A stretch of 64,000 nt of DNA, taken from positions 1-64,000 of the forward strand of contig NKIB01012462.1 in the NCBI GenBank assembly GCA_002256025.1, given 5' to 3'. The stretch is from Asterionella formosa (Eukaryota). Each line of letters opens with the position of its first letter. The first letter of the stretch is position 1. The notes under the pieces are model-generated. The model was not told the DNA's origin. It made no database searches and was given only the letters and a program-made list of their open reading frames with translations. Of this stretch, positions 46,250 to 58,720 are shown piece by piece. Made by a program: the position numbers and the translations under genes.

Positions 46250-48460
46250 GGCCGAGCTCTGATAATATAAAAAAAAATTATTATATGTTGCGTGTATTAT
46301 AACAAAAATTATTCTGGTGATCTGCTACATACTATCGTCCTTGCGCTCTGATAATAGAGATATTTTAGATTACTTCTCTGACATTATATATATTTTTAAC
46401 TTTAATTTTCAACAGTTAAATTTTCATATCGATGCATCTTCTTGTATGCTATGCCACCTCTTGTTCATTATATGCATGAGTTCTATATATTCATCATTGT
46501 CGGTCACTGACCATGTCGACTTTCATCTCATCTCATCTCCTGATGATGATGATGATGATGACATTATGATCACATTGCTACTGTTAGCAATGTGCTATCC
46601 ACCAGTAAATAGGACACCATCGTTCAGGGAAAGTTTGACTGTTGATGAGGTCAGAAGAAGAAGTGGCAAAATCCGTCGCCACGCACTACAGCATCCATTA
46701 TCGAGTCCATTCTGGACTTTGCTTGTTCAACAGCAAGCATGATGATGCACTGATTGCCTTGTGTGGGTTTGACCATGCTTCTTTCGAGCTCCTACACCAG
46801 CTGTTCAAACCTTGTTTTTATTCCTTCACTCCCTGTAGGAAAAATACGGATTTCATTGTTAGAAATTCAACAACAAAGAAAGGTCGGCAAAGATACCTCT
46901 GTTCCATCAGTTGTCTAGCGCTTGGGTTAGCATGGACCAGGACTCGTGGTTCCTATATGATTCTTCAGATTATTTTCGGATTAACTCATGGTTCTTTGAG
47001 TGTTTGGTTGAGGTTTTCAAGGCGAATGATTGTAAAAGTACTGCTGACACATGAAGATGCCGTTGTGAGACTGCCTACTTCTGCAGACGAAGCCACCTTG
47101 TTTGCAACCATGATGATCAATCAGAAATACCCACTTATAACGAATTGTTGGGGAGCAATGGATGGTCTGAAACTGACCCTGCAACGGGCTGGAAATGAAA
47201 CACAGCAGAACAACTTCTACAATGGATGGACCCATGAACACTATGTGACAAACTTGTTTCTTTTTCCGCCTGATGGAAAAATTCGCTGCTCATATTTCAA
47301 TGCACCTGGTGTTTTACATGACTCCACCATGGCAATTTGGTCATCGAGTTTACAGGGATACAGGCAAAAAAGTAGTTGTGGATTCAGCATTTGCATCTAA
47401 AAAATCAAATGCAATGTTGAAATCACATCAAAACAATGTTGATGCAAATGGTAATCCTCGACAAAGATTTGGTATGAATCGCCAAGCCACCTCCATCCGA
47501 CAGCTGTCGGAATGGGGAATGCGATGCCTTCAGGGATCATTTCCGAGAATCAAAGACAAATTTCGTTATGAAGAAAAAGGTGAGAGAAAATTAATTCTCC
47601 AAATGATTGTATTGCTCTTTAACTTTCGTGCTAGCAAAGTTGGTCAGAACCAAATTGCTTCAGTGTATATGCCCTATTTGCATAGGAATGCAAATAGATA
47701 TGCCATGTAATTCAAAAAAATTATTCCTTCATGATTATCTAGCACCACTTCTTTCACATTATATTAGAATGAATTAATTTAAGGTTATTCATCATCACTA
47801 CTACTGCTACCAGCCACTGTTGTTTTTTGGTGTTTGACATTGAGTTGAGGCAGACAAAGTTTTTTGTGCATTGGCACCTGCTGTCGAGTTTAGATTTTGG
47901 CTTTGCATTGTTTGCTGCATTGAAATCATGTTTGGAGCAATAATTGAATTCATAATTGCCTGAGTGGGATTGGCACTGTCAGTTGAGGTGGTTGTTTGAG
48001 ATACCCCATGCTGATTCAACAATGATGCCATGATTGACATCATCATCATGTTCATCATGTTCTGTTGCTGCAGTTGTTGCTGCTGTTGTTGTTGCTTCTG
48101 CAGGTTATCAGTATCAGTTCGAGTAGTCTTGTGAAGCAACTGTGCCGAAAGAAGAGAAAGCACTTTTTCAACAGGCCCAGTATTGTTTGACACTGCCTTT
48201 TCTCTAAATCGAGGGGACACCATAGATCAAGGAAATCTTGAACCAGAAAAATTAACATAAGCGGCAGATGTTGCTCCACCATTGTCTTCACTCTCCCCAG
48301 AAATCGCTATAAAATCATCATCAACATTTGGCTCATCAATATTGAGCTCATTGGGCTCTCTATTTTTGGTCAACACAAACACAAATTTTGGGGTTATGGG
48401 TACAACGATTTGTGTTATAATACACATGATATAATAATTTTTTATTATCAGAGCGCGCCC
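46250..48460 (+). mobile_element. PIF/Harbinger-superfamily element with ~55-bp TIRs, AAT target duplication and a frameshifted transposase (~46456-47710)
   Basis: Left AAT|GGCCGAGCTCTGATAAT...; right ...ATTATCAGAGCGCGCCC|AAT; GAMDGLKL, FYNGWTHEHY, APGVLHDS, VVVDSAF, RQLSEWGMR; convergent Q-rich ORF at 47807-48223. Confidence 0.9.
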
Positions 48461-48877
48461 AATATGTCTGTACAAGTCCCACCAGGCAGTACATATTTAT
48501 ACACGTAGTTCCGTGATATGGATGTGCAACAATGCATGTGGTGCAGTGCCACCTAAAAATATTATCTTTGTGCATGTGCACCTGTTCAACGTTCATCTCC
48601 ATCATTGCATCATCCACATCAACAAACAGAAATCAAAACAATAACAAAATCGCAACAAATGTGATGGTTGAAATTGGTTGCTGGTTGACATTAGTATGAA
48701 TGCCATGTTTTGTTTTCATTTTACTAACCAATTAATTCTACGACAGCAGCAGGCCAGAGCAGTCACCAGAATAAATGCTAGTCGAATATGATCAACCAAA
48801 TTAATAAATGATAATCTGTTCTATAGCCCATTCCTACTCCCATTTTTAAAGGCAAGCAGTTATTGTTTTGCCTGCCG

Positions 48878-49142
48878 ACAAGACCTGTGCTTCCCTTGTT
48901 TTGTTAGCATAGTTGAGTCCCCAACCACATACCAGCACGAAAGGTGATCATCTTAGTACTAGCTGCAGCAATACTAGGTGAAACACCAACCGCCTAGGAA
49001 GGTTTCACAAGCTGCTTGTAGGGGGACAAACCCACTATTTCTTGCACACCAGGAAAGACCGTGTGGGAGGACAGTAAAGAGTGTGGGAGTCGAACCCAAC
49101 AATTGCTTCTCAAAAAAATTGCTGGAATTGAACCACCAACAT
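48878..49142 (-). mobile_element. tRNA-derived SINE-like repeat, copy 2 (head truncated)
   Basis: Shares TTTTGTTAGCATAG.TGAGTCCCCAACCA, CTAGGAAGG and GAGTGTGGGAGTCGAACCCAACAAT.GCTTCTCAAAAAA with copy 1. Confidence 0.65.
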
Positions 49143-49143
49143 T

Positions 49144-49322
49144 TAAGCCGCGTATAACGTGAAGTGACCATCACGTAAACAAGCCTAGTTGATTTTGAAT
49201 GGATCACATGAATTAATTGAATACATCAAAATGCTTACTTAAATATATATATATTTTATCTAAATGCATCACATTAATTATTTGATCAGAATATCATGCA
49301 TGCATTCCTGATCATCACTATA
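49144..49322 (-). repeat. Inverted copy of the repeat at 144-322
   Basis: Direct reverse-complement comparison. Confidence 0.85.
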
Positions 49323-52300
49323 TTGAATTGAAGCAACAAACCGGCAACAAACCCAGCTCACTGATGCGTTCAAAAGAGTGCTACTGTTGTGAAATGAACG
49401 GCTAAAATGTAAAATAAATGTAGACAGCAATAACAGAACCATATGATTTATCGCTCGCTTTGCTGATACAATGACAAAAACTGAAGATTGAGCTTACTTT
49501 AAAGGCCTCCATTGCGGGTCTCCATTTTGTATCATTTCACCCTCTATCACGCATGCTTTCCAAAGAACACTCCTTTTCTGAAAAGGCCTGTTCAAATGTC
49601 AAATGAATTTTGAAAACAACAGCATATCAGTATGAGTTATCCTTCGCTTGGTGATATGATAGCAAAAATAATAAGCAAATAAATCTTAGTATGTTAAAAG
49701 TATCAATTGCTTACGATCTCAATGTTACATCATTCCACCTTCTGTTGTTGCAAAAAACAATATGTGAGTTCTTGGCTGATAAAGGATTTGGTGATGGTGA
49801 GGCGCTGAAAAGCTAGAAGGGGGATGCTGGTTTTAAGGGTCATCGCCATGTTGAAAACATATTGTGAGCAGTGGTGGTTAAATGTTGTCTTTATGAATTC
49901 AGAGGGTGTCAAAAATCCTGGCGCAGCCATGACTTCATCTTTGCACCAACAGAACCTACAATCTACAAGAAAAAACCTGGCGCAGTCTTACTTCGTCGGG
50001 ACAAAGTCTGATGCTACAAGTGTGACCTAAAACAAATATGACAAGAAGGAGAGGACACAGCCAATGGTTACTCTTAATATATTCACAGTACGAACGCCAT
50101 ATTCTATTGTAACAAGGGGAATACAGGAATGCTGGTAGGGCAAAGCAACCTACAGTTCCACAGTACGCACGTCGAAATGAGTACAGTTTCACAGTACGAA
50201 CGGCATAATTCCTATTGTAACAAGAAGGGAAAGACGGAAATACTGGTAGGGCAAACCTACAGTCTCACACTTGTAATGACGACCTGGTTCCTACCAGCCA
50301 GGAGTACCTGGTGGTACCATACAGTATAGCTATTTGTTAGTATGTATGAGCGAGTGCAGGGTCAAAAGGCAGACCCAAGGTAACAGGTACCAGGTAGTAT
50401 GTATTATGTATCATAGCCCTGTCTAGGCCTTGTATACCGGTATCTGGTCCCAGGTCCCATAATACCTATTCATTACCTGAGGTCAACACACTCAGCACCA
50501 CGATGCCATTCCAAACATTTCACAATACAGGTAAGTTATTCATATATTTTTTATCTTTAGAATTCATACGAATTATAGTTTATGTTAAAGAATAAGAGAA
50601 TTCATATTGGATGCTGACAATATCGATGGTAAGGATCGTGATTGTTGATATGCTTCATGCACCCAGTTGCCGACAACCACATCGCTTCGATTTTCTCCAT
50701 CAATTCATGCCCGCTAGCACTCCGAAGATTTGCAGTCGATAACACACACTAATTCGAATAGATATTTAGTTAAGCATTTTAAATTCAATATTAAATGATT
50801 TGTTCTGTACCTGTTTTGTGCTCGTCATTAGGGTTGGTTGTTGCTTACATCACGAATCATGTCGCGATATTTCTCGAGATCCATTTCGCTCCGTTTTTCT
50901 CAATCAAATAAGGGCAGATTGCAATCAAACAATTAGTAGTGAAGTTGTCTTTCGCAATGATTTATCCTCTAAAAAATTTATCTTGAACTTTTAAAATGTT
51001 TTGTTGTAACATTAACTAGTCCTGCCTTGGAAATAACTGTATGATTGTGAACCAGCCATCACATGAAACCACGATGAGTAATCTTGTTCAGCAAAACAGT
51101 AAATATTATTTACGTGAAGTGCACAACCATAAACTGTAGCTGAATTAAGACACCACTGAAGCATGAATTAAGACACCACAAATATCCTTACTATTTCACA
51201 AAGGCAGGAAGGTGCATGTCGTAAATGAATTAGCCTCAAGAGCAGGACTAAGTTGAATTTTGAAATGAATTATTTGAAACATCAACTAATTTAGTCTTGA
51301 GTTCAAAGTTTTTTGTGAAATCTTCACATGAAACCGTTAAAAGTAACCTTTTTTACGGGAAGAGTAACATTAATGTCATGTGAATTACCACTGAATTAAC
51401 ACTCCTACGCAGAACAAATTTAGAAAAGTGGCGTATTTCGCGGCTTAGTAGATGAACTAATCTCTGTACGATATCGGAATGCACTTGTTACTATCAATTT
51501 AACCAAAAAAATTTCAACAGACATATTTTTAATTTTTCCAATGCATTCAGAATTCTTTGGGACATTTGATCCTCAATATCTGCTGGTATATCCTTGGCAT
51601 ACAAGACTTTTCTAGGGAGATTAGCAGCAAGCTTTTTGGTCTCCCTCTGAGTAACCTTTTTACTGATTCTGACAATTCAAGTATATGGATTCGAAACTGG
51701 CAAGTAGAGTGAATAAATTAATCAACAAATATTGGCGGGTAGTCATTTGAGGAGCAAATGTATTCCTGTGCAGTTATGAAGGTGAATATAGAAGCACGGA
51801 TTCAATATGCATACCACATACTTCATTGTCCTGGAACCTGGACAGTTTTCTTGAGGTGCCGGCACCAAGCACCCAATAATGTTTTACATAGAAAAGACAA
51901 TGGGCTATAATTCTGTTTCTCTCGTAGACAATGATATATAATTATTTAGCTGAAATATTGCCATTCTCTGTATGTATGAAGAATTTGAGTGTACTGGTAG
52001 GAGTGGCTGTGAGCAGTTGGAGAATCTTGCATCATGTAATCTCAGCAGCCTTGACCATAACAAAAATATCGAATATCTCCACAAAATTTGATAACCGTTC
52101 TTTCCTATTTGGTAGATATACCAATCACAATATCAAGAACATCCAATTTGTTCAAGAATTATTGTAATAATTATGCTGACGTCAAAAATTGAAGTCAATG
52201 ATAGCACAGTGATAATTCGTCTTTCTTGAAAGGTGAAGAACTAAGTTTCATTTTATAGAAATGGTGATTATAGAAATCAGAAAAATGCAAACCATCCTGT

Positions 52301-52655
52301 AGAAGTAGAAGTAATAAAATTACTTAGGTCTGATATAAGCGAAAGCTCATCGTAGTCCTGTACTATCATGATGAGACAGTCAAATTCGGTCACGGCTAGT
52401 TTTAGACTATCGGTTTGTACAATGTGGAGTACATAATTGGAGCGATGAGTTCAGTGCAGCTGTCAACTTACCGATGTTTAATTTCATTTACATAAATAAT
52501 TGTATTTTGCTCATATGAGGTGGGAATAGATACGGATGAGAGTCATGCACATCTATTCTTATGAATTACATTCGGTTATGTCTTGATGTGTAAAAGCAGA
52601 ACATGTTCTAATATATTCTACCCGTACCGGGTACTCCAGGTACAGTGTTATGACA

Positions 52656-54568
52656 CCAGTTAAAAATGGCTTTGAGCCACGTCGAATTGCTTTGAGCAAC
52701 TAAATGTTATAATTTTCACAGTGTATACATAGATTTTTCCAATTTGACAGTTATGACTATTTTTAGTTCGACTAGGTTGTTTCTGATGTTGCGCCGGACA
52801 GAACATATCAAGGTATCTTGTTGTCGATTAGGTCTTGTGTTTTAGATAATTAGATGGATGTCTCGGAAAGTAGCGATCAGTCCCTTCCATTGAGCCGGCA
52901 TCAATTAGAAAGCTTATAATCTAATGTATATTTATTTCGTTAGCCACCATGGACCATGTACTATAGGAATACATGAATCAATTATTCACTCTTAGTAAAT
53001 GAATGCAATATTTCTTGAAGGCCAAAAGATCGAGCCATATTTATATGTCAGAGACCGTAATTCACACAAGAAATTGCTTCCGACATACCACAAAATGAAG
53101 CGAATTGCAATCATCTCATTAGCAACAATCAAACCTGCAGCAAGAAAACAGCCTCAACCATCCAAAAACTACAAGGTGATACCTAATTCTTCGGATAAGA
53201 CTGTAGTGTCACTTAATAAAAAAATATTAACATGGAATTAGAGACTTGAAAGGCAAATAACAATGGAAAACCATCATGTGATGCAATATTTGAATATTAA
53301 TGCATCTAAGGCGGCCACACTGACTTAGCTCTTAAATAATAAAACCTTTGGTCCATTACCATTGCAGAAGCTAAATCAGGCGGGAAAGTCAATTAGTTCA
53401 CTAGTTCAATTACCTGCTACTACAGAACTAAATGATTCACAGCCATTGACAGGATATACCTCATCAATTTCTATCCTGACAACAAATTCCACTAAATGAT
53501 TCACAGTCATTGGCAGGACAAATCTCACTATTTTTTACCCTGACTACAAATTCAAGTTTATATATCCAACTCACAAAATGCAATAGAAACTTACTCACCT
53601 AAAATAAAAGGCGTCATGCTGCATTTGCCGTTGAAACAGATGACATTGATAATCTGGTGTTGAAAGCTTGGGATGAATCCTTTGTCTGTATCGCCACAAA
53701 GACCAAAAAGTTGTTGCTGAACGAGATTGGGGTCCATTTAACTACAAATTGTTACTCCATCCGGAAATTCAACAGACAAGTACCTCAAACCTGCAAACAG
53801 AAGCAAACAATAATCAACCTGTCTCTTCCATTCCCCCATCCGAACTAAACGTGATGCAAGGTATCACTGGAACCCTTGTTGATCAGGTTGCACAACATCG
53901 CAATTGTGAGGATGCAAGAAATGGAATAAATCTAGTTGAAATTGCCCCGCGACAAAAAAGAAACAGCAATAAGGACGATTGCAAGCAATAAAAAATACAT
54001 AGCCGGTCTTCATGTTGCTGCAGGCAGGTACTTGGTGGGACCTGAAGTGGTCGATGACCAACTGAAAAGGAAGAGTCATGTGGAAGAAGTGCAGAGTAAG
54101 CGAGACAATAAGAAAGTAGGCACGCGCATGGCGATTGCATACAAGGTTTATGCAATCAGAATACTAAACAAACAACCGGCAAAATGTACAGTGGCGCAAA
54201 CGAAAACAATATCAACATGTTACAAGCGAGCAGGCGATCTTCCACTACCAACAGCGAAGCAACTTCTAATCAACAGATACCATGACACCATGATGCATGG
54301 CGATACTGCAAAACCAGTTGCGACTGTAAGGGCGCCACTTCCTCAGCACCCTTTGGTCTCTCTTGTAACTTAGCAAGATATGATGGGATGACCACCAGTC
54401 TAAGAACGATGCAAAACGAATACTACGAAAAAATGCGAGGTGTCTTTGATGGAATCGACAAGATATAAAATGGGAACACAACCAGTATAAGAACGATGCA
54501 ACTAGTCTACTGCGAATAAACATGCAAACAATATAATATTTTCTAACCATCATCTATAAAAATAATTG
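52656..54568 (+). mobile_element. Decayed pogo/DDE_1-like DNA transposon, copy 2
   Basis: Starts CCAGTTAAAAATGGCTTTGAGCCAC; LKAWDESF, LLLHPEI, YKRAGDLPLPTAKQLL. Confidence 0.75.
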
Positions 54569-56116
54569 CCCCCCCCACAAACAGAAGTGAAGTAGAGTTG
54601 CCCTGACAACTGGTTCGACAAACTCTTTGGCTGGCAAAATATCATGTGCCCTGCTCCATTTTCTTCGAAACGCGAATTTAAAGTGCGAAATCGATAACCG
54701 ACCCTTTATTCTATCAAAATCTTCTTTCATTTTAAAAAAGAATGCATATTTATAACAAAGGTATGCTTGTTTCCGCAAAAACGTCCTTTTTTGGAAATCC
54801 AAGAATTCTTGCCAATTTGCCAAGTGCCACGCTCTATGGGCGCGGTATGGAAGAAATAGAAACAAATAAAAGCATGGTAGATGTACTGGCTAAATATTTT
54901 TTAACACGGTAGAATCACATGCAAATATGTAGTCTAGCTAGTGTGCTTGAAGTCACCTAGACTCTATTTTAGTACTTTAAACTGATGCTATGGGGGTTAA
55001 AGTAGCCATCTTCTCTCTAAGGACACCAAAAGGTGCTTTGACAGCATTTATCAATCCCTCTTTGTCCAATTTCATGATATTTACTGGTTGAGGGTGCGTC
55101 AGTGAAATACCTCAACATGTCCTGGAGCTGCTTGTTGCTTTGTCCACTTAACAATTGTATCCTCATCATTATGTATGGCTGCATCAATCAGTGGAGTTAA
55201 TTTGAGTGAGGCAAAAGTGAAAGCTTCAAATCAGACTGATCCTTTGGAGGTTGTCTCCGCCACAAAGGAATCCATCTAACAGAAAATGAGCACATGTGCA
55301 ATAACTCTGGACATCAGTTATTTATGACATTATTACTCACCCTTGTATGTCACCAGACCCTTTCATCAGCCTTGCCTGTTCTTACCTCATCTTTGGCCTC
55401 CAAGACATGGTTTGATTGTTGGAATTGAATGTGGGCTGCAGTGAGAGAGGAGAAGAGTAAGTGATGCAAATTCATGAAGATGATTAACATTCATCCACCA
55501 GTGCCAAAAAACCTGAGTTGGTGATGTACATACAAATTGTTGTACTGCTATTGCATGCCTTTTTACGAGGGATTCGGGTAGCGTGCGCCCGCAGCATTCG
55601 AAATCATTTATGATCATCAAAAACTATTCATAAATGTATGAACTAAAAATAAGACAAGATCCTACGGAAGTTCTACATGGGGGTGTACCACAAAGTCAAA
55701 TCCAATATTGGTCAGGGTGCCGGTTTGGTCAGGTCAACTCTACGACATTACTGGTATGCTGTTCTCCGAGAATCTGATACATAGAGGAAATACCGAATGC
55801 TCCTCAACGACAAATTTGGGAACTCCAAATCGACACGACTTCCGTTGATCCGTTGGACGCTGCTACACAGCCATAGGAGCGATTTTGACGGGAAATTCAT
55901 CACCATGTACGTATAGTACAAAGGAATCGTACTAAAGTGACTCCAAGATACCTCTTTGCTCAGATCTCACAGGCTTCAACGATCCTAGAAAACCCGAAAT
56001 AATTGAGATCGATCTCGTATCATACACAGTATTAATATCCCATTTACTCTTGATCAATATATATAGATCGCATCAGTTTGTCCAAGAACTCGGACAGGAA
56101 AGCTTCAGCATTAAGA

Positions 56117-56539
56117 ATGGTTGCTACGCGCCTCCTTTCTCTCCTTCTAACCTTCGCGCTTTCGGCGTCCTCCGCTAGCGCTTCTAAATTTGCCTATGAT
56201 GAATGCATCAACAAACTCTCAGTTATGGGACACGACATGACCAAGGAGGACTATGCTCAGCTTCTGACAAATCTTAGCCAAGGGCAGATTGAACCATCAT
56301 TTAACAAGCTACCGCTTCAACTCGTTTCGGTCTTTTCCTTTCATGCTTGCAATAGTGGACGCCCATGTCTGAGAAACGCAAAGGCCACAATTTCCACGTC
56401 AACTGAGGGTGACTATATACAAGCGTGCTCAAAAATTGAATATAACTTGCGAGCACTGGATATGATTTCAGGACAGGACTGTGGAGACAAGAACGATACT
56501 GCGTGTAGGCAACCGCGAACTATAATTCGAATAGCTTGA
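56117..56539 (+). CDS. Small secreted Cys-containing protein of unknown function
   Basis: Signal MVATRLLSLLLTFALSASSASA; EDYAQLL..FNKLPLQLVSVFSFHAC; 6 Cys. Confidence 0.75.
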   Translation: MVATRLLSLLLTFALSASSASASKFAYDECINKLSVMGHDMTKEDYAQLLTNLSQGQIEPSFNKLPLQLVSVFSFHACNSGRPCLRNAKATISTSTEGDYIQACSKIEYNLRALDMISGQDCGDKNDTACRQPRTIIRIA

Positions 56540-56712
56540 TACGTCTCCGTGCCTATTGAAACACCAGTGTATGACACAGGGGGTGACGTTCTTTGTTCCA
56601 TTAAGGTAGCTCACAGATTAAATGAACAATAATGATACATTTGCATCCAAGTTCTAGGATTTCTGAAAACTCAAGGTTGAATCTATTGACAAGCACTTGC
56701 CAGCCAATTTAA

Positions 56713-58100
56713 TTAGACAAAATTCGCATCGGAATATCGTCCATTAGTCAATGACGACATTTCCTGACCTTCAGTCTCCTCGTTCCCCTTCAGATGCCGT
56801 CTGCCCGTGTCTCCAGGTATCGGAACGGGAAGGAACTCCGGCTCCCGCAGTGACGGAACAATGATTGCAAGAAACGGATTTCGCGCCCCGTAAACTTGCT
56901 GGAAATTTCGATAAAGTCCAAGATCATATGGATTTCTCCATTTCCTTTTCAACTGTTTGGCTTTTCGTTTGTTTGCACAATTTCCATGAAACTCAATTGT
57001 CGTTTGACTCGTCAAAACTAGATAAGCATGGAATCCACCCAAAACAAGAACAGCAAGGCCTACACTCAAACAAAGCATGAAGGAAAAAGCAATGGGTGTT
57101 CGTTGGTCTTCCGTCGGGACCCAATTTTCCAAGATGACTGGCGGTTTTTGCCTTATTTGTTTCCAATAAGTTTTCGACGAAATTTCATTGAATGGCTTGA
57201 AAGTTATGTAAGTTCCGTATGCCATCCCCCAAAAGACGAAGAGCAGAAAGTTGCAAAAGTAGCGATAATTGAAATAGCCGACTGTTAATTGTGGAAACGT
57301 TGGGTTTCAAGTTAGCACACGATCCAAGGACGAAGAAACCAACAAGCTGACGTCAAAAATATCACATCCCGCTCACCTGTATTAAACATCCAAGGACAGA
57401 AGTGGTCCATGTTGAGCACCAAAACTTTGGTAATATGATCGTAATGCGATCGTGGTGGCTTTGGCTGGTTGGTGTAGTTACAAAAGGCCCATTCATGAGG
57501 CCCCAAGATCATCCATCCTCTCAGCGGAGCATGTGCTCCTCCTTCTGACGAAACTTGCGCTCGCTCTTGCCGTCGTTGCATCCGAAACATCATGCGCTCT
57601 TCAAAATCTCGTTTTGATTGAATGACTTCTTCATTAGTCTCAGGATATACAAAGCTAGTGGCGACAGCCAGTTCTCTGACGACTCGATTGAAGTTCTTGC
57701 CCTTATTTCTAGTCAAAACGCACGCAACATAATTGAATATGACATTCGTTAATATGAAACATACAAATGCCGTGTGCAGCCAGGTGTACAGGAAGCCCCA
57801 GGGGATGTCGGCGTTGGCTCGTTCCATCATCGGTACAATGACGAAAAAGTAGGTATAGGCGAGTCCCGAGATAATGACGGTCGCGAAAACGATCAGAAAT
57901 GGACCCAGCAGGTAGACGAAGCCATCCAGAAAGCTTGACAGAAGGTTTGCCACAGCCACAGTGATGCGCCGCGGACAGCTGAAATTTGATCCCCACAATC
58001 GAAACATTCTGCGTCTCACAAGAGGAGTCGGCTGTTGCACGGGCTGCTGATCCTGTAAAGGGTCAGCGACGCTGCTGTTCCGGTGTATCAGCGCTGACAT
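56713..58100 (-). CDS. DHHC-type protein S-acyltransferase (DHFC variant); exons 58100-57377 and 57281-56713
   Basis: KPPRSHYD, MDHFCPWMFNT|VGYFNYRYF, QTTIEF, NPYDLG; the GT-AG intron 57376-57282 keeps the frame. Confidence 0.93.
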
Positions 58101-58623
58101 GGTTGATCTCAACTCAGCGATAAATGGCAGTGCCAGTCATCAGCATCCACAGTGGCAGTCGTGTTGCTCCCGAATTCTATCTTACAGCTCGTTCCTTAGA
58201 TGTTGGGAGGATCATCAATCACCCTCTCTGCCTGCGGTTGGTTTCTGGCGAGGAGAAACAAAGGCAGGCACAGTCGTTTGAAATGTACCAGGTACCGGTA
58301 ATAGGTTTTGTCACGGTAGGACCATGTCAAGAATATTAGCTTGAGTCACGAGGATTGTGGACCTGATTGTGATCCAACGAGTCGAATCTTGCATTGCCAT
58401 GCCAATCAGCCACGTAATGAGATCAAAGATTGAAGTTTTCTATGGACATGTTCAGTGGACATTCGAAGAGAGTTTTAGAACGAATTTGTGAGAAGCAAAG
58501 ATGAATGGAAAGGATACTTAAGTTTAGCTCAAAATTTTTGATTATCAATTACAGAAATAGTGTGTTAATTGACAGGAAGGTCAATTAGTTTATCTACTAG
58601 CTAGCAGGAAGGCAACAAGCAGA

Positions 58624-58720
58624 ACAGAGAAAAAGTAGGTGGTACTAGGGAGTACTAATAGCACGTAAAAATCTACGTAAAGAAATCCAGACTGCAGGAA
58701 GGAGTACAAAGCTTTTTAAC
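58624..58720 (+). repeat. Diverged repeat homologous to 13825-13916 (minus strand), possible LTR fragment
   Basis: ACAGAGAAA..GT.GGTACTAGG.AGTACTA and TCTACGT.AAGA...CCAG....GGAAGGAG occur in both. Confidence 0.55.

Noticed and set aside
50083..50265. ~107-bp local duplication
   Set aside because: Real but ordinary; no structure or coding signal.
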